Positions 1 through 10,190 of a DNA stretch of 64,000 nucleotides are shown piece after piece. The stretch spans positions 224,001-288,000 of the forward strand of contig CAWAUM010000007.1 of the NCBI GenBank assembly GCA_963785235.1, in the 5' to 3' direction. The DNA comes from an uncultured delta proteobacterium (GTDB taxonomy: Bacteria; Desulfobacterota; Desulfomonilia; UBA1062). The number at the start of each line of letters is the position of its first letter. Positions within the stretch are counted from its first letter, which is position 1. A program made the position numbers and the translations under genes. The notes beneath the pieces were generated by a model, which saw only the letters and a program-made list of their open reading frames with translations, was not told the origin of the DNA and made no database searches.

Positions 1-3000
1 AGGAGGGTTATTCCGTAGTCCTCATCAACTCCAACCCTGCCACCATCATGACGGATCCCGGCATGTCCGACCGAACCTACATTGAGCCCATCACCCCTGA
101 GATGATTGAACTGATCATAGAAAAGGAAAGGCCGGACGCCATCCTTCCCACCCTGGGCGGTCAGACGGGTCTCAACGTTTCGGTTGAGCTCGCATCCCGC
201 GGGGTGCTTGCGCGTTATGGCGTAGAGATGATCGGGGCGAATCCGGAAGTCATCCACAAGGCCGAAGACCGTGAGCTCTTCCGCAAGGCCATGGAGAAGA
301 TCGGCCTGAGGGTTCCCAGGAGCGGTTTTGCACGGAGCATGGATGATGTTTTCACCATTGCCCAGGACATCGGTTATCCCATTATCGTCAGGCCGTCATT
401 CACCCTCGGAGGTATCGGCGGCGGAATTGCGTACAATCCGCGAAGACCTCGAGGGCATTGCCAGGAGCGGGCTTGATGCGAGCATGATCCGCGAGATCAT
501 GATCGAAGAGTCGGTCATCGGGTGGAAGGAATTCGAGCTCGAGGTGATGCGGGACAAGGCCGACAATGTGGTGATCATCTGCTCCATTGAAAACATGGAC
601 GCCATGGGCGTACATACCGGAGACTCCATCACCGTGGCTCCCGCCCAGACGCTGACGGATGTCGAATACCAGCGCCTTCGGGATGCGGCCATTGCCATCA
701 TGCGTGAGATAGGCGTGGAGACCGGCGGGTCAAATGTCCAGTTCGCCATCAACCCGGTAGACGGAGAGCTCGTGGTAATCGAGATGAACCCACGCGTCTC
801 CAGGTCGTCCGCCCTGGCCTCCAAGGCAACGGGTTTCCCCATTGCCAAGATCGCTGCCAAGCTCGCTGTGGGCTATACCTTGGACGAGATACAGAACGAC
901 ATCACCAAGGAGACCTTTGCCTCCTTTGAGCCTACCATTGATTACTGCGTAGTGAAGATCCCCAGGTGGACCTTTGAAAAATTCCCCGAGACCCCGGACC
1001 TTCTCACCACCTCCATGAAGTCGGTGGGAGAGACAATGGCCATAGGGAGGACCTTCAAGGAGGCCCTGAACAAGGCGGTGCGGTCATTGGAGATCGGCCA
1101 GTCAGGCCTCGGCGGGATGCTCATGAAGGTGCCGCCCGAAGAGAAGAAGCAGCTCGTCACCGGGCTCACCTATCCCAACTCCAGGCGGTTGTTCTGGATC
1201 GCAGCGGCCTTCAGGTCCGCCTGGACCATTGAAGACGTAACAAGGTTGACCAAGATAGACCCATGGTTCCTTTACCAGATCAAGGAGCTGGTAGATGCCG
1301 AGGCTGAAATCGTATCTTCGGCGGATTGACGGACAAACCCTGTACGAGGCCAAGAGGCTGGGCTTCTCGGACCGCTACCTTGCGCATCTGTGGGACACGA
1401 CAGAGAAGGCTGTCCGGGAGCTCAGGTATGACAACGGGCATAATCCCGGTCTATAAGCTCGTTGATACCTGCGCCGCCGAATTTGAGGCCTATACCCCCT
1501 ACTATTACTCCACGTACGAAGATGAAGACGAGTCGAACCCTTCGTCACGGCCCAAGGTGGTCATCTTGGGCGGCGGCCCCAACCGGATCGGCCAGGGCAT
1601 TGAGTTCGATTACTGCTGCGTCCATGCATCGTTTGCTCTGAGAGAGATGGGTTATGAGAGCATCATGATCAACTCCAACCCTGAAACCGTAAGCACTGAC
1701 TATGACATCTCGGACAAGCTCTTTTTCGAGCCGCTCACCCTGGAGGATGTCCTGCATGTGATCAGGCGTGAGAAGCCCATGGGCGTAATCGTACAGTTCG
1801 GCGGGCAGACCCCGTTGAACCTCGCCAGGGGTCTCTTTGAGGCCGGGGTGCCCATACTCGGCACATCGCCCGATGCCATCGACCGTTCCGAGGACCGGCA
1901 GCAGTTTCTTGAAATCGTGAAAAAGCTGAACCTGAAACAGCCGGCCAATGGTACCGTGGTCAGCGTGGAAGAGGCGCTCAAGGTTGCCGAGCAGGATCGG
2001 ATACCCGGTGCTCGTGAGACCTTCCTATGTGCTGGGCGGACGGTCCATGGAGATCATCTACGATCCTGATACGTTAAAGATCTTTATGGCCCAGGTGCTT
2101 GAACTCTTCCCTGACAACCAGATCCTCATCGACAAGTTTCTGGAAGACGCCATTGAGGTGGATGTGGATACCCTGAGCGACGGCAAGGATGCCGTCATCT
2201 GCGGCATTATGGAACACATAGAGGAAGCGGGCATCCATTCCGGTGATTCCGCCTGTGTGCTTCCGCCCATTACCTTGTCTAAAAAGATCATAGAGCTCAT
2301 CGAGAAGCAGACAAAAATGATCGCATCCGAACTGGGCGTGGTAGGCCTCATGAACATCCAGTATGCCATCAAGGACGGTGAATTATTTATTCTCGAGGTC
2401 AATCCCAGGGCCTCGCGGACCGTGCCTTTTGTGAGCAAGGCGATCGGCGTGCCCATAGCCAAGCTGGCCACCAAGGTAATGCTGGGCCACAGCCTGGCGG
2501 AACTCGGCTTCACCAAGAAGATCAACCCGGCGCATGTATCGGTCAAGGAATCCGTGTTCCCCTTTAAAAGGTTCCCCAATATCAACATCGCCCTGGGGCC
2601 CGAGATGAAGTCCACCGGCGAGGTCATGGGCATTGACACCTCCTTTGAGCTGGCATTCGCCAAGTCCCAGATTGCCGCCGGGGCTGAGCTGCCCACATCC
2701 GGGGCCGTTTTTATCAGCGTTCACGATTTTTACAAGGAGCGGATCGTTCCGGTGGCGCGTTCATTCGCCGATCTGGGTTTCACCATCATGTCCACCACCG
2801 GTACCGCGGCATACCTGAACAGCCATGGGGTGGATGTGCAGACCGTTCTCAAGGTGAGCGAGGGCAGGCCCAATGTGATGGATTATATCAAAAACGGACA
2901 GATCCAGCTCATCATCAATGCATCAATAGGAAGGAAGCCCACGGAAGACGCCCATAAGCTGCGTCAGAGCGCCATCCGGTACAATATACCCTATTCCACG

Positions 3001-3094
3001 ACCATTGCCGCCTCACGTGCTTCAAGCGAGGCCATCAGGGCGCTCCAGGGCAATCAATTGCAGGTTCAGCGCACTGCAGGATTACTTCTCATGA
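1..3094 (+). CDS. carB: Carbamoyl-phosphate synthase large subunit (5'-partial; split by ~4 apparent frameshifts near 440, 1330, 1995, 3070)
   Basis: Consecutive ORF pieces contain CarB motifs [60 protein letters not shown] and a C-terminal MGS domain; corrected stop TGA at 3092-3094. Confidence 0.96.
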
Positions 3095-3175
3095 GGGGGA
3101 GGCCTAAAAAAGATTATTTCTTCACGGTCCCTATCTTGACACTAGAGAATCTATAGATTAGATTAGGAGCATCAC

Positions 3176-4795
3176 ATGGCCACAAACATGTCCACCAAGT
3201 ATATCTTTATAACCGGTGGCGTTCTATCCTCTCTTGGCAAGGGACTTGCCGCAGCCTCCATCGGAGCCATCATGGAGGCCAGAGGACTGAAGGTCTGCAA
3301 CATCAAGCTGGACCCCTACATCAATGTAGACCCCGGCACCATGAGCCCGTTCCAGCATGGCGAGGTCTTTGTGACCGATGACGGCGCCGAGACGGACCTT
3401 GACCTGGGCCACTACGAGCGGTTCACCTCCTGCGTGCTCACGGCAAAGAACAACTTCACCACCGGAAAGATCTACGATTCGGTTATCCAGAAGGAGCGCA
3501 ACGGCGAATACCTCGGCAAGACGGTCCAGGTGATCCCGCACATCACTGACGAGATAAAGGATCGCATCAAGGCGGCTGCCGTGGGTAACGACATCGCCAT
3601 CGTGGAGATCGGCGGCACCGTGGGCGATATCGAATCGCTCCCCTTCCTGGAGGCCATCCGCCAGTTCGGCTTCGACATGGGCAAGGTCAATGTGCTCTAT
3701 ATCCACCTTACCCTGGTCCCCTATATCGCAACGGCAGGCGAGCTCAAAACCAAGCCCACCCAGCACTCGGTCCAGAAGCTCCGCGAGATCGGCATCCAGC
3801 CCCAGATCCTGCTCTGCCGCTCGGAGAAGATGCTCACCAACGAGATGAAGGAGAAGATCTCGCTTTTCTGCAACGTGGAAAAGAACGCGGTCATCAATGC
3901 CATAGATGTGAAGAGCATCTACCAGGTACCCATCGTGTATCATAACGAAGGCCTTGACGACAGGATAGTGGAGTATCTCAACATGTGGACCAGGGCCCCC
4001 ATGATGCAGAAGTGGGATGATCTGTTCGAGCGCATCAAGGGCAGGACCCAAGAGGTGAACATTGCAGTGGTGGGCAAGTATGTGACGCTGACCGATTCGT
4101 ACAAGAGCCTGAACGAGGCCCTTGAGCATGGCGGCATATCGGGCAACACGAAGGTGAACCGGATCTTTGTGGATGCGGATGATCTGGTGGGCAAGGACGA
4201 CCTGTCATCATACTTTGACGGCATCGACGGCATCCTCATCCCCGGCGGCTTCGGCGAGCGCGGCACCGAAGGGAAGATCCTTGCCGCCGGGTATGCCCGG
4301 ACGCACAAGGTCCCTTACTTCGGAATCTGTCTGGGTATGCAGCTTGCCGTAGTGGAGTTCGCCAGGAACATCTGCTCGCTGAAGTCGGCAAACAGCACGG
4401 AGTTCAACAAGGATTGTTCAGAACCGGTCATCGATTACCTGCCCGAGCAGCGACATATCACCCGCAAGGGCGGCACCATGAGGCTCGGGGCATACCGGTG
4501 CACCGTGGCGAGCGATACGAAAGCCATGAAGGCATACGGGTTGACAGAGATCTCCGAGCGTCACAGGCACCGCTACGAGTTCAATCCCGACTATGAGAAG
4601 CAACTCTCGGATGCCGGTCTGATCATAAGCGGAAGGAACCCTGAGACGTCATTGGTGGAAATAATTGAGCTCCCTGACCACCCATGGTTCCTGGGCTGCC
4701 AGTTCCACCCGGAGTTCAAGTCCAAACCCATGCAGCCTCATCCCCTGTTCAGGGATTTCATAAAGGCGAGCCTGGAGTTCAAGAAATCCAAGTAA
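3176..4795 (+). CDS. pyrG: CTP synthase
   Basis: [38 protein letters not shown], glutaminase GICLGMQ and FHPEF motifs; intact 539 aa; RBS AGGAG. Confidence 0.98.
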   Translation: MATNMSTKYIFITGGVLSSLGKGLAAASIGAIMEARGLKVCNIKLDPYINVDPGTMSPFQHGEVFVTDDGAETDLDLGHYERFTSCVLTAKNNFTTGKIYDSVIQKERNGEYLGKTVQVIPHITDEIKDRIKAAAVGNDIAIVEIGGTVGDIESLPFLEAIRQFGFDMGKVNVLYIHLTLVPYIATAGELKTKPTQHSVQKLREIGIQPQILLCRSEKMLTNEMKEKISLFCNVEKNAVINAIDVKSIYQVPIVYHNEGLDDRIVEYLNMWTRAPMMQKWDDLFERIKGRTQEVNIAVVGKYVTLTDSYKSLNEALEHGGISGNTKVNRIFVDADDLVGKDDLSSYFDGIDGILIPGGFGERGTEGKILAAGYARTHKVPYFGICLGMQLAVVEFARNICSLKSANSTEFNKDCSEPVIDYLPEQRHITRKGGTMRLGAYRCTVASDTKAMKAYGLTEISERHRHRYEFNPDYEKQLSDAGLIISGRNPETSLVEIIELPDHPWFLGCQFHPEFKSKPMQPHPLFRDFIKASLEFKKSK

Positions 4796-4879
4796 AGGGC
4801 TTAAAAACCGGCCATGTTTGATCGGTGCAGTAAAGGACGGGTTATTCGTATTAAATCCTGTGAAGAAGGACCTTCCATG

Positions 4880-4948
4880 CGTCATTCCCGCGAAGGCGGG
4901 AATCCAGTATTTAAAGCTATCTGGACCCCCGCCTTCGCGGGGGTGACG
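4880..4948. repeat. REP/dRS3-like bipartite palindromic element between convergent genes
   Basis: CGTCATTCCCGCGAAGGCGGGAATCCAG...CTGGACCCCCGCCTTCGCGGGGGTGACG: two inverted units, each itself a hairpin (ATTCCC-N8-GGGAAT type). Confidence 0.75.
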
Positions 4949-4969
4949 GTATTTTATTCAGTATTGCAA

Positions 4970-5875
4970 TCACTTCAAAAGAAAGATCCGAATGCCTGCC
5001 ATCAAAGGCCCGGGAAGCAGCGAGTAAGCCCCTGATGCCTCGGCCACCGGCGTGAATCCACACTGGCTGCACACGACCTCCCCACGGTCCTTCACATAGC
5101 AACCGAGAATTATTCTGCCGTCAGGGCTGACGTTGGCCAGAAGCCTATCGCGGCACGACCAGGAGTTGTCGATCATGGCATTCAGGCCCCATGCGGAATT
5201 GAGGATGGGGTAACCCTCTTTCTTGAGGGTAAGTACCTTGTTCAAGACGAGTTTTCTCTCTTCACCTGTAAGGGCCAGAGCCTTTTCACCCTGACCATAC
5301 GGGTAGAAGAGCTGGAACGTAATACCTCTGACTGTAGGAATGGATGAGACCTCCCGGACAATCTCCGCGCATTCTTTGTAATTGAGACGGTTCAGCGTTA
5401 TGTGGATGAAGAGTTTCGAATGTTTTGCCGCTTTCACGTTCTCGATCACACGATCATAGGAGTTGCTTCGGAGATGATTGTGGATATCTCTCTGCCCGTC
5501 CACGCTCACCCAGAGAATATCCGTCGGGCAATCGAGATTCAGTGTCCCGTTTGTGGTGGCGGCAACGCAAGGGAACTCTTCCCGGGCGTAATTCACGAGA
5601 TCATTAAAGGTATGTTTCCCATCAGACCAGAGAAGGGGCTCTCCACCTTCAAAGACCACGATGGGGCAACCCATGTCGGAAAGTGTGTCGAGAGACCTGC
5701 AGGCAGTCTCCCAGTCCATGTGTGTGCCGGTCTGGCCGGCAAGGAAATGGAACGGGCAGGCGCTGCATGCTAGGTTGCACTGATAGGTGAGCTTGAAGCT
5801 GGCAATAAGGGGGGACTCATGTCCAAGCAATCGCGTCTTGAGGAAGAAACGGAGAATTGAAAAGTATCTTCCCAT
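4970..5875 (-). CDS. Radical SAM protein with Cys-containing C-terminal (twitch/DUF3463-like) domain
   Basis: CNLACSAC (CxxxCxxC), GGEP and TTNG motifs; C-terminal Cys cluster. Confidence 0.85.
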   Translation of the reverse strand: MGRYFSILRFFLKTRLLGHESPLIASFKLTYQCNLACSACPFHFLAGQTGTHMDWETACRSLDTLSDMGCPIVVFEGGEPLLWSDGKHTFNDLVNYAREEFPCVAATTNGTLNLDCPTDILWVSVDGQRDIHNHLRSNSYDRVIENVKAAKHSKLFIHITLNRLNYKECAEIVREVSSIPTVRGITFQLFYPYGQGEKALALTGEERKLVLNKVLTLKKEGYPILNSAWGLNAMIDNSWSCRDRLLANVSPDGRIILGCYVKDRGEVVCSQCGFTPVAEASGAYSLLPGPLMAGIRIFLLK

Positions 5876-5880
5876 GATAA

Positions 5881-7374
5881 TCAGGGCAACGTGGTCTGCA
5901 CCTGAGCCTGGGTTTCCTCTTCAACCCATTTTTTGTATTTCACTGCCTTTGCCAGGGCGAAAACGGCCCTGTCCGGGGCCGGATAGGGCATGATGCCATG
6001 TGTATCCAGGAACTTCACCGGGTTATTGTCCATCTGAATGTCAAAGCTCATGATGTCGAAGACCGGGATGATGGGCCTCTTATATCGGGCTATGAGCTCC
6101 ACGATGAGCGAGAAGAGCCTGGTCTCCTCTTTGATCATGAGCTCGGCCGAGAGTTTCACCGCCTCGGAAGGTACCGTGCTGGATCTCAACCAGCCATAGG
6201 CGCGCAGACTCATGTATCCGAGCCCCATGAGAAGTACTGCATCTGCGGATGCATGCTCCATGAGCTCGGTTATGGTGTCTGTGATCACGCTCACCCGCTG
6301 GGGCGCCACTAGGTCGATGGGGTTGCCCCGACTCCAGTAGCGGGGCAGCTTCGTGTCAAGGATCTGCACAAGGGTACGATCCAGGGGGTCGATGGAAAGG
6401 CCATTTAGTATACACAGGTCAGTGGCCAGCACTCCCCACCCGCCGCCCGGCGTGATGATGGCCACCCGGTTACCCGAAGATATGGGCTGCATGAGCATGC
6501 CGGCCACATCGACCATCTCGTCCATGGTGTCCACTCTGATGATTCCGGTCTGGCGGCACATGGATGTGAAGAGGCTGTCATCGCCTGCCATGGCGCCCGT
6601 GTGAGACATGGCCGCAATGGCGCCTTTCTCGGTGCGGCCACCCTTGATGAGGATGATGGGTTTTACGGGCGTTATTCTCCTGGCAGCCTCGAAGAACTTT
6701 CTGGGCCTCCGCAGGCCCTCGACGTAGAGGCAGATGATCCTTGTTCTGTCATCATGCTCCAGGTATTCGAGGAAGTCTTCCAGGCTGAGGTCCGCTTCGT
6801 TGCCCGAGCTGATGAGGCGGCTGATGCCCATGCGCCGGCGAAGGAAGCGGTAGGAGATGGAAGATCCGAGGTTGCCGCTCTGGGCGATGAGGCCGATGTT
6901 CCCGGGTATGAGGGGCATGGAGCCCATGAGGGCCTGCATGATGGAGGGGTAGGCGCTGAATACGCCCATGGTATTGGGACCCACGAGCCTCATGCCACCC
7001 TTTGACGCCATATGGACTATCTCACGTTCCATCCGGGCACCCTCTGGACCGGTCTCGGAAAAACCTGCAGTTATGATGATGCCGGCAGGGATCCTCTTTT
7101 CGACACACTGCCTCACGGTTTCCAGCACAAGGTTGTCAGTGACCACGATGACGGCAAGATCGATTGTCTGCTCGATCTCACTCAGCGAGGTGTACACTTT
7201 CCTGCCGAACCATTCCCCACCCTTGGGATTCACAGGATAGACTTCGCCTGAAAAGCCCCGCTTGTAAAGGGTGTGGAGGATATTGAACCCCCACTTGAAT
7301 ATATCCGTAGAGGCACCGATGAAAGCGATGTTTTCCGGCTCGAAGAGGTGCCCCAGTCCGTTTATGCCAGGCAT
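5881..7374 (-). CDS. Acyl-CoA synthetase (NDP-forming), alpha/CoA-binding subunit
   Basis: LFEPENIAFIGAS, GPNTMG, QSGNLG, SSGNEAD, SHTGAMAG (phospho-His), NPIDL; start reassigned to MPGING at 7374. Confidence 0.88.
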   Translation of the reverse strand: MPGINGLGHLFEPENIAFIGASTDIFKWGFNILHTLYKRGFSGEVYPVNPKGGEWFGRKVYTSLSEIEQTIDLAVIVVTDNLVLETVRQCVEKRIPAGIIITAGFSETGPEGARMEREIVHMASKGGMRLVGPNTMGVFSAYPSIMQALMGSMPLIPGNIGLIAQSGNLGSSISYRFLRRRMGISRLISSGNEADLSLEDFLEYLEHDDRTRIICLYVEGLRRPRKFFEAARRITPVKPIILIKGGRTEKGAIAAMSHTGAMAGDDSLFTSMCRQTGIIRVDTMDEMVDVAGMLMQPISSGNRVAIITPGGGWGVLATDLCILNGLSIDPLDRTLVQILDTKLPRYWSRGNPIDLVAPQRVSVITDTITELMEHASADAVLLMGLGYMSLRAYGWLRSSTVPSEAVKLSAELMIKEETRLFSLIVELIARYKRPIIPVFDIMSFDIQMDNNPVKFLDTHGIMPYPAPDRAVFALAKAVKYKKWVEEETQAQVQTTLP

Positions 7375-7378
7375 ACGG

Positions 7379-8191
7379 TTAGTATTTGCCCGGGAAGTTG
7401 GGTTTTCTCTTCTCCTTCTGGGCGCGTACACCCTCGCGGGCATCCTCGCTGGCAAAGATAGGCATGCCGATCTCCACCTCTTTGATGAACACATCTTTGA
7501 ACTCCCGCATGCGCATCTCGCGGTTGAACCTGATGATGCCCTGGGTGGCAAGGGGGCCGTTTGCAGCTATCTTTTCAGCAAGTTCCATGGAAGTGTCCAT
7601 GAGCTTCTCTTTGGGCACCACCCTATTGAGGAACCCCCACTCGTACATGGTCCTGGCGTCGAAGTTGCCTGCCGTGAGGAGGATCTCAAGCGCCCTGCAG
7701 GTGCCCACATGCCTTGGGAGGAAGATGTTGCCGCCGCCGGTGGGCATGATGCCGAGGCTTGCCTCCCGCATCTGGAACACGGCATCTTCAGAGGCCACGC
7801 GCAGGTCTGCGCCCATGACCATCTCGAAGCCGCCCGTGAGGCAGTAGCCGTGGATGGCGGCTATTACGGGCTTGTTCACGAAGCTGATCTTGAGCATGGC
7901 CTCGCCCACCCCTTTGCCGTCCCACCCGGCCACGATCCATTCCTCCGCCTCGTTCTCGGGCTTGCGTGCGCCCGTGAGTATGGGTATGGCGGTCTTCAGG
8001 TCCATGCCCGCGCAGAAGATGTTCGGCAGGGCAGAGTAGAGCACGACAACCCGGATGTTCGCATCATCATTGATGTCTATCCAGGTCTTGTGCAGTTCGA
8101 GCAGGATACCCGGGTCCAGGGCGTTGAGCTGCTGGGGGCGGTTGAGCCCTATCTTGGCAATGTGTCCGGTCTTCTCATATATAAGGTTCAT
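7379..8191 (-). CDS. Enoyl-CoA hydratase (crotonase family)
   Basis: LNRP..LNAL, FCAGMDL, both catalytic Glu present (GGFEM, MREASLG). Confidence 0.9.
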   Translation of the reverse strand: MNLIYEKTGHIAKIGLNRPQQLNALDPGILLELHKTWIDINDDANIRVVVLYSALPNIFCAGMDLKTAIPILTGARKPENEAEEWIVAGWDGKGVGEAMLKISFVNKPVIAAIHGYCLTGGFEMVMGADLRVASEDAVFQMREASLGIMPTGGGNIFLPRHVGTCRALEILLTAGNFDARTMYEWGFLNRVVPKEKLMDTSMELAEKIAANGPLATQGIIRFNREMRMREFKDVFIKEVEIGMPIFASEDAREGVRAQKEKRKPNFPGKY

Positions 8192-8313
8192 TCTTCCTCC
8201 CTTGGGTATTCGATTGATAAAGCTAGACTCAGTTTAGTGCATATGAAGGAATTAAGTCAATAAATGCGACCTTAATTTCAAGGTACCGTGTTGTATCCTT
8301 CATGAAGACAATC

Positions 8314-9142
8314 TTAACCTGGTCTTCTCATCATCCTTACCAGCCTCACGATAATATCCGAACTGAGCCTGGTGGCAAGTCCATTTGTGAGACGGTGGTT
8401 GAGGTACAGCAATTTCGCGAGGAGTCCCGGGACAATCAGGAATTTCTTTTTTCTTATGCCGTTGACTATTGTCCTGGCCACCGGGCCGGGTTTCAGGGCG
8501 CCTGCGAAGTTCTTTAAAGCCCTGGCCTCGGGAGGGATGCCCGCCTCATTTGCCAGAAACGGCGTATCCACCTCAGGCGGGCAGACCAGCGTCACGGCAA
8601 TGTTACAGCACTTGAGCTCGCTCCTGAGGCACTCGGCAAGGCCTACAAGGGCATATTTCGATGTTGCGTAGGAGGTGTAGCCGAACATGCCCATGAGCCC
8701 GGCTGCGGAAGACAGGATCACGATCTGTCCGCCCCTGTCCTTCATGGAGGGAAGCAGTGCGGCAATAACGCTCCTCGTCCCGTACACATTGATCTTCATG
8801 AGTGCATCGAATGCATGGTGGGAGATATTCTCGAAAAGATCTGCCTGGCCGATGCCGGCGCTTGTTATGACGATGTCAGGTATGCCGAATTGAATGATCG
8901 CTTCCTTCATCTTTTCCTGGACATCGTCATTGTCCGCTACATCGACCTGCATGGAATGGATCTTCTGGTCAGGGGAGCGTCTGTGTCTTTCAATATCCTT
9001 CCTTGCCTGGTCGAGCCTGTCTTTGTTCCGGGCGAATATGGCGATATCAGCCCCTGAGCGATGACAACAGGCGGGCAGTATCAAGCCCTATGCCGCTGGA
9101 CCCGCCGGTAATATAGACGAGTTTGTTGCTGAAGTCTTTCAT
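8314..9142 (-). CDS. SDR oxidoreductase, 3-dehydrosphinganine reductase (KDSR)-like; one frameshift near 9060
   Basis: N-terminal MKDFSNKLVYITGGSSGIG read in another frame from ATG 9142; YxxxK (YATSK), SSAAG, CPPEVDTP. Confidence 0.82.
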
Positions 9143-9203
9143 AACGCCCCCATGCATTATTTTTAATCCCCCTTAGGGAATTGCAAAACTCAAATGAATT
9201 CAA

Positions 9204-10132
9204 TCATGCCATGCATATGCCATTCTTAAGGAATATCTCTTTTGCTCTCTGCAGGCTCTCTTTGCTGATCCAGGTCTTCTTGGCATTGTCTGTCTCAAAG
9301 GGGCTATCAAGGCCGATCTTGCTGCACTTCTCGAACCAGAGCGGGTTGTAAGAAAGGATGTCGGCCCTGTGTACGCCAAGGCCTTTGAGATACAGGGCTA
9401 TGGAGCTGATATTGGCCTCGGTGTCCGTAATGCCCGGGATCAGCGGAATCCTGGGGAGGATCACCTTGTTGTCCTTGGAAGTTTCTGCAAGAAGCCTCTC
9501 AAAGTTTTTCAGGATCGTTTCATTGGGCATGCCGCAGTACCGACGATGTTCTTGTGCATCAAAGAGTTTGAAATCAAAATAGATCGCATCGAGCCAGGGC
9601 AGGATCTTCTTCTCGAATGCATCGAAGTTGAACTGGCCGCAGGTCTCCATGAGGGTGTGGACGCCCTCAGTCTTCAGCAGTTTCAGGAGTTCTGAGGTGT
9701 AATCCATGAACAGGGCAGGCTCCCCTCCGGACAGGGTAACACCTCCTCCGGAGTTGTCGAAAAAAGGCTTGTCGGCAAGTACCTTATTCACAATATCATG
9801 GACAGACATCCTGATGCCCACCCGTGAAAGGGCGCCCGAAGGGCAGGCCTCCGTGCAGTCAAGGCAGAGGTTGCACCGGTTCCGGTCAATGAAATGCGGA
9901 TTATCCCGCGACAGGGCCTTTTCCTTGCAGACATCCAGGCAGGTGTCGCACCGGATGCAGGCCTTCTCATCAAAGGATATCTCGAGGCCGGGCTCCTTGC
10001 TCTCCGGGTTGTGGCACCAGACACAGGACAGCGGGCACCCTTTGAAGAACACCACAGTGCGTATGCCCGGGCCGTCATCAAGGCTGTTTCCCTTGATCTC
10101 AAGGATGAGCGGGGTCTTCTGGGATTTGTCAT
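9204..10132 (-). CDS. Glycyl radical enzyme activating enzyme with ferredoxin insert (start uncertain, apparent indel near 5' end)
   Basis: DDGPGIRTVVFFKGCPLSCVWCHNPES, two CxxCxxCxxxC motifs, GGVTLSGGEP. Confidence 0.92.
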
Positions 10133-10190
10133 CAGCTGATTCCCCGGTCCTTCGAAAAGAACGTGAACGACGGTCCCGACTGTTTCGAAA

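Noticed and set aside
1-3094. carB and other split genes as pseudogenes or programmed frameshifts
   Set aside because: Motifs are intact on both sides of each break, breaks are scattered across unrelated genes, and no consistent slippery site is seen
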